From Chrysomallon squamiferum (lineage: Eukaryota; Animalia; Mollusca), in assembly GCA_012295275.1 (NCBI GenBank), contig CM022679.1, positions 8,680,001 to 8,744,000 of the forward strand: a stretch of DNA of 64,000 bases, read 5' to 3'. The notes beneath the pieces were generated by a model. It saw only the letters and a list, made by a program, of their open reading frames with translations. It had not been told where the DNA came from and searched no databases. Position 1 is the first letter of the stretch, and every line of letters starts with the position of its first letter. Made by a program: the position numbers and the translations under genes. Shown here piece after piece: positions 57,760-64,000 of the stretch.

Positions 57760-57875
57760 TGAAATGTTACCTGAAATAAACTAAATGCTTCCTTGGCAAC
57801 TAGAACTTGTGAAACTGAAACCAACCTTCGACCTTTTACCTTCATATTGGCTCAAAACATTAGACAATGGGGGTT
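57760..57875 (-). promoter_or_regulatory. Diverged AG|GT leader module upstream of LRRC45 copy D
   Basis: GGTTGGTTTCAGTTTCACAAGTTCTAGTTGCCAAGGAAGCATTTAGTTTATTTCAG|GTAACA at 57771/57770. Confidence 0.45.
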
Positions 57876-59226
57876 TCATGCAACATTTGTTCTTATGAAT
57901 GTCTCCTGTGTTAAACTTCCATGACTGTGCATTTTAACTTTGTTATTATGTATCTGTAATATATACTTCTTTGTACTGTAATCCTGCAGTTTATGAGAAT
58001 AAAATCATTGTCACTGTTTTGTTTTCACGAGTAATTAGCCAACTTAAAGTAACCCATTTAACACAGAATGAGCTGAGGTGTAGGTTGAATAATAAAAACA
58101 AAAAGCATACACACATTAAAAACAATCATCTTTCTCTTCTCAAAATCATTCTTTCCAATAACATTTTGTAATATTAAAAACTTGAAATGTACCAAACTTG
58201 AAAGAGAAATATTCCTTTTTTAACATGTCATCAGTTTGTATTGGAAAAATAATAATAATAAATAAATGAAATAAATAAATGAAAATAAAATAATAATAAT
58301 TTACAAGACATGAAATAATTAAGGATACAATGGTTTCACAACCAATTCATTTTAACAATCAAACAGGCTGCTTTCTATAAAAATATTTTTAAAAATCTTA
58401 TTTTTAAATAACAAATATGACTGAATCTAACAAATCCTTTCTCACTAAAATTTAACCTTTTGTAGAAATTATAAAACAAAGCTGCTGAATTAATATTGTT
58501 TTATTGATATTTGAGTATAAATAATCAAATAAATAATAATATTATAATTTTTTTTAAAAAGCCTACTTTATTTTATCACAGTAAACAGTAAATTAATAAT
58601 CTTACAAGGACTGTTAATTTTAATGTCAAATATATTTTCTTCCAAACTTTTGTTTTTCACTTTTGCATAGATTTTTTTTATTTTGGATATTATTAACTAC
58701 ATCTATCTTGTGAGGTTATAAGACATATATTATAAAAATTAATCATAATAGGAATAACAGGTACCATTCTGAAAAGAGAAAATATATCAAAGACGTTTGC
58801 ATACAAAATTCAAGCAGCGAGAGAGAAAGAACGCTTGAGACAGAGTGCTTAACAGAATCTGCTGACAGTGTTGAACATTCATTTTCCTCATTTTTAAAAA
58901 CGAAATAAATATTTCTAAGATGCACAAATTACTACTTATTCGGACTGTTAATGGGTTTATTTTATTAAACATATTTTTATTAAAATTACATATATGTCAG
59001 TTGCTAATAATACAAGAGTAAATACCTACTTAAATGAATTGTGTATATATATGTTTTTGAAAAGCGAATAAATTTAAAACTAATATAAATTATTAAATTT
59101 AATGGATAGAGAACATTTACAGAAACCATATTTCCTAAAATCTGACATAGTACTTGGAAACTGGTATTACGCATACAAAGCTTCCTCTATGTATGTATTT
59201 AAATATCTGTAAGGTATATGGCTACA

Positions 59227-62200
59227 TTAGGGACATGAAGAAGGAGGTGCTTTTGCTACATAGTTCACAATGGCTGTCTGAAGAATTTGGGCTCTCAGGG
59301 TTTCTTCGTCTCTAATCCTAGCCACTTCACGTTCTCGAGCTTTTAGATTTTCTTGCAGACAAGCAATTTCCCTGTCTTTCTCTTCAACTATCTGTCGATG
59401 CTTCAACATTTCATCTGGAGACAAAAAAAAAAAAAAAAAATAGAAATATCTGAAAGGATTGAGAGACACATATTAATTAGATTTTTCTGATACATATTTT
59501 TCAATTTTTTTTTGGTTCTCCTCTGTTTTTTAGGTTTTTTTTAGGTTGTTGTATTTTTGATAATAATAAACTTGCCTGACACTTCTCTGTCAACCTTTGA
59601 GAGTTTATTACGAAGTTCCACCTGCATCTGACGCTCACTCTCCAATGAGTTCAGTGTGGCATTCAGTTCTAATTTAACCTTGTTCACCTCCGCTATTGTT
59701 ACATTATTCTTTTCAGCCAGCTCCTGTATACACAAATAACAGAAAATTAGTCATCAATTTATAGCAGAAAAAACAAAACAAAAACAACAACACTGATTTA
59801 ATAAAATACTTTAGTCAATGGAGTGTATGACTCGGTGGAACATGAGCGAACTGCCCAAATTCCCAAATACAGGCTAACTAAACATCTGGGGACTTTTTGA
59901 TTTTGTCTGAGTAAAATTTTGTGTAAATCGGCCATCATTACCTCCTTTACCAAAGAGTCAGTTCTCCACCTCTCAAGTTAGTTTTGTATTATTACAATAT
60001 TAGCAATTATTTATTTATTTATTTCGGAAGGTGTGTCAAAATAATTTCACAGAAAATTATTCAGCAGAAGTTATTTCTCCTGAAATGTAATAAAAAGAAT
60101 ACTGGTTTAAAAATAAAATAAATACTTCCTAATCTAGTTAATAAAATGCATTTAAAACTCTGATTTATTAACACATTTTATGAAAGTAAGTTAGCAGAGT
60201 AGATTTCAAGGATTCATTGAAATGTAAATACTCTACATAATAATACCTGTCCCATTTCCTCCAGCCTTCTCTTCAATGTGTCGACCTCCAAAGTGAGATT
60301 AGAGTTCTTGTGTTGCAGTTCAGAAACCAGTGATGCCTGCTGGTTACAGTGACTCTCGAGATCATCTTTTGAAATCTGTAAAACTCGAACCTTCTCCTCC
60401 AGCTGTTTCTGGCGCTGCTCCTGTTTCAGTAAGTTTAAAATTTAATTAAATTATCTAAATTTATTTGTATGTTTGTTTGGTAATTATTAATTTTAATGTG
60501 TATTTGTACTTTTAAAAACAAAGTATTTTCATTTGTAAACATCATCAATGCAATTATAATTAAATAATTCCAATATTTAAAAAAAATAAAATAAAAAAAA
60601 TAATTCTGTCACATTTTATTTTTGAAAAAGTTAAAAAAAAAAAATATATATATATATATATATAAAAATCATAATGTCAACTTTATTTTATTTCTTAAAA
60701 CTTAAAAACAACAAACCCAACCTCCTTAGTCTTGATTTTCTGCTTGGCTTGCACCAGCTGTTCTTCAGCTGCCATTTTCTCAGACACTAGAGTTGTTTTC
60801 AGTCGACTGATCTCTTCATCTAGTTCCAGTTGGTGCTGCTCCAACTTGTGTATTCTATCACGCAGCGTCTTTTCCAATTCAGCAGTTTCTTCTTTGATTC
60901 GATCAATCTACAATTACTTTACCATTAATACTAGTATTAATTATTATAACTGTCATACACACTCAAACAAATGAGAGCAACCTATTCATACATACGTGTA
61001 CATGTATTCTGTATAGCAGCCAACTCACAAGCATATGTACACACATTTTGTAGCAACTTGTATATTATTGCACATACATACTCTCTCTCACTCTCTGGGC
61101 AATCAAGAAAATATTGGAATATTTAAAGAACTTGATTTACTTATCATTTATCTAGTACCTGAAATTTTTAGACATTCTACAAGCTAACTTACTGCTAACA
61201 TTAGCTATAACAAATTTAAAAATCACATAATTGAAAACATTCTTAAGTATGTATTATCTCAATATTTTTAATTTAAAAATGTCCAAAACAAACTAAAACA
61301 TTGTAAATAAATTTTTCTGACATAAATGCAGATCATTTTTTTCACCTCTTTCTGTTTATACTGTTCCATGTCTCGAATTGTTTCTTTCTGGTGCATTCGT
61401 TCCTGCTGAATTCTTTCTGTATTAAAATGATAAAAATTCTGAGTTTGTTTTCATGTTGACTTCATTTCAAATGAGGATTAAGATTTTAATGTAAAATTTA
61501 ATTAGTCAGTTTAGAATTCTTCAAATTATCTAATGACTATTAAATTATTTTATTTTATTTCATTTTTTATTAATAAATTCTATTTGTTATGAACCCACAG
61601 AAGACAGCAGATTTTTGTTATGAATTGTTTGAAAGAAAACAAGTTCTGCAATTTAAGGCCTTACAGGACAAATGACAATACTGTAATGATAAGGATAGAT
61701 CAACACATAGAAAAAGTCATAACTCTCATTGTTCATAAAAACCAAATATTGAAAATCTGGTAACAAAGTTTCCATCTCACTAACTGAAATAACCTCCTTC
61801 AGCAATCAGACATTAATGAACTTGATACCTCACTGATTATTCAGGTCTTTGATGATGTCACAGATTTTTGCAAACAAAAACATTAAGCAGTGAAAAGCCT
61901 AATATACATATTTTTCTTAAGTTGCACTCCAGATAATAATTTTTACTTGACAATCAAATTTATTCAGAGACTTGAACATTGAGAATGATTACACCAGAAC
62001 AACTTTGTTAAACTTCATAATCAGATCACCACTTCTTTTCTTCTATAACTCGTCAGTCAATATGGATACACTAAAATCTTTCAGCTCTTTTTGTGTCCTT
62101 GTCATCTTGTTAATAGTTTAATTTTGTTTGACAAATAAATATTAAAGAATTCACCGTTTTCTGATTATTGGTAGAGACTGCAAATTGTATAATAAATTAC

Positions 62201-64000
62201 TGCATGACAAGAAAGTTCCTACATACCATCAAACTGAGAGGCTTTGAGTTTCAGTTCGGCTTGAAGATGAGTCAGTTGTTCTTTGAGTTCATAAATCTGT
62301 TCTTGCTGGTTCTTGCATTTCCTGTCCAGATCTTCACACTGCCACAATGAAAATTACATCCGAAATAACTGATAATAACTACTGAACTAGTCATTATATT
62401 ATGGAAAAGATTAGCCTGTATATCTTATCTGGTTCACTAAAATCACTATGATATGCAGAACAATGATGAGGTTAAGATTTTTTTTTTTTTTAAATTGTGG
62501 TATATTTACCAACATAGTTATTAGATTAAAACCCTTTCTAAAATTTTTTTAAAAACAGACATTTAATTCCTCCTTTACTGAATACTTCTTAAATATTGTT
62601 ACTGCAAACAAACTATAAAAATGTATGAGTATTAACCTAATTAAAGTGAAATAAATTGAATATGTCTAATAATTTCTTACCTTGATTCCAAGCTGTATGT
62701 TTTTATCATTACTCTCAGACAACTCTCTCAGTAGTTTCATTTCCTCTGTGGCTCTGTCCTGAAATATTTGTAACTCAAATTTCAAATCTTTCCACTAAGA
62801 TCAAAACATAATAATTTTGTTTTAGTCACGAAGGTGAACTACCGAAGACAGCAGAGATTATCTTATAATTATTATCCAAAAGGAAATAGATTATTTGACA
62901 CTGCAGATGTTAGTTTTGTGTTCCTGTCAAATCAATATTATTGACTGTGATCAGATGAAATAAAAGAAGTTAAATACTTATCTCTCTTAATTATATTTTC
63001 ACACAGAAACAATAACAAAACATGTCTGAGAATTAGTTTAAAATGCCTGTCTATAAAATCTGTTTTTCAAAGCAGATTTCATAAATGATTCCAAAGTATT
63101 TTATAATTCATGAATAAGTAATTTAATATATTCAGTTTATGGATGGTAAATATTCAAATGTGTCACCTCTTTCTCTCTTCTGATTTCATTGACATGTGCA
63201 GCAGCCATATCTGACATTTCCTGTTTTAAACGAGCTATAACTGACTCCTGGTCATGAAGTCTCTGTTCAGCTAATACCAACTCTGATTCTGTCATAGACA
63301 ATCTGTAAAACAGTAAATATTACGGAAATAAAACATAAAATACTTCATCTAATAAAAATAATATATTTTATAAAAAATTTAAAAACAAAAAAAACAGAAA
63401 AAAACATCTGCCTCCTCAGAGTCCCATAATGAAAAAGAAAATCACAAGAACAGCAGATACATTTATTTAATAAATTCTTTGCTGCTAATTGCCAGAAGAA
63501 TCTGTTGTAATGGGTTTTCTGAGTATTAATATCAAAGTGTGTTGTGTCATTAAACAAAATATTACATTTTTCAACTAACTTAGCTGCAAGAGAATTGAAG
63601 GCTTTTTTCCTTTCTTCCAGAGCTTCCTGTAGCTTTGACATCTTCTGGGCTGAAGATCTGAAAACAACAACAAAAAAACAAAAATTATATTCTGTTTAAG
63701 AAAATTTCCACAATTCATGCTTCATAATGAAATAAGAGAAAAACTGGTTTAACTATTTATCAATTTCAAATTATTCTCGCAAAGTTCTACAGTATATCTG
63801 GTATTTATTGTTTTCCACAATGGCTTAACAAAATGATTGTTAGGTGAATGATATTTCCTGTCTGAGATAAACAAACTAGTGAATTATGTGAGCAGATATG
63901 CTTTCTAAAACTGGTCTCAGTCTCAAGATATTTCAGTATTAAAAAATAATATTTTGTTTTACCTTTTTGTTTTGCGTAGAAGATCTTCTTGACAATCAAT
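59227..64000 (-). CDS. LRRC45: LRRC45 paralogue E, exons 8-17 (5' part beyond the window); probable ancestral copy
   Basis: Exons: >64000-63963, 63657-63580, 63302-63167, 62758-62681, 62338-62227, 61416-61346, 60907-60722, 60420-60247, 59723-59576, 59414-59227. The frame is open, intron 8 has a canonical GT donor, and exon 10 is 30 nt longer than in A, C and D. Confidence 0.88.

Noticed and set aside
62155-62177. Possible micro-exon in copy E intron 12 (tttgcag|23 nt|gtgaat)
   Set aside because: 23 nt does not preserve frame, and the segment is absent from the other copies.

Overview
AT-rich, intron-containing animal (probably invertebrate) genomic DNA; the lineage cannot be fixed from the sequence alone. 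All recognisable genes lie on the minus strand. From about 15.9 kb to the right edge is a head-to-tail tandem cluster of five LRRC45 paralogues (LRR plus coiled-coil centrosome-linker protein). Copy D is intact (17 coding exons, 659 aa). Copy E is probably the ancestral copy and runs off the right edge. Copy A lacks exons 13-16, copy C lacks exons 4-7, and both deletions preserve the reading frame. Copy B is a 3' pseudogene fragment. Each copy with a 5' end in view has a diverged inverted repeat (arms up to ~0.9 kb) just upstream of its ATG exon. At 1.24-13.5 kb is a 12-unit array of a ~1.02 kb non-coding repeat, directly upstream of an unidentified gene that runs off the left edge. Every unit carries a minus-strand TTTATTTTATTTCAG|GTAACA back-to-back acceptor/donor site with conserved promoter-like motifs upstream. 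Seven further copies of this module lie elsewhere, including one upstream of each of A, C and D. Gene models were built by hand from splice signals and phase consistency; no expression data or database searches were available.
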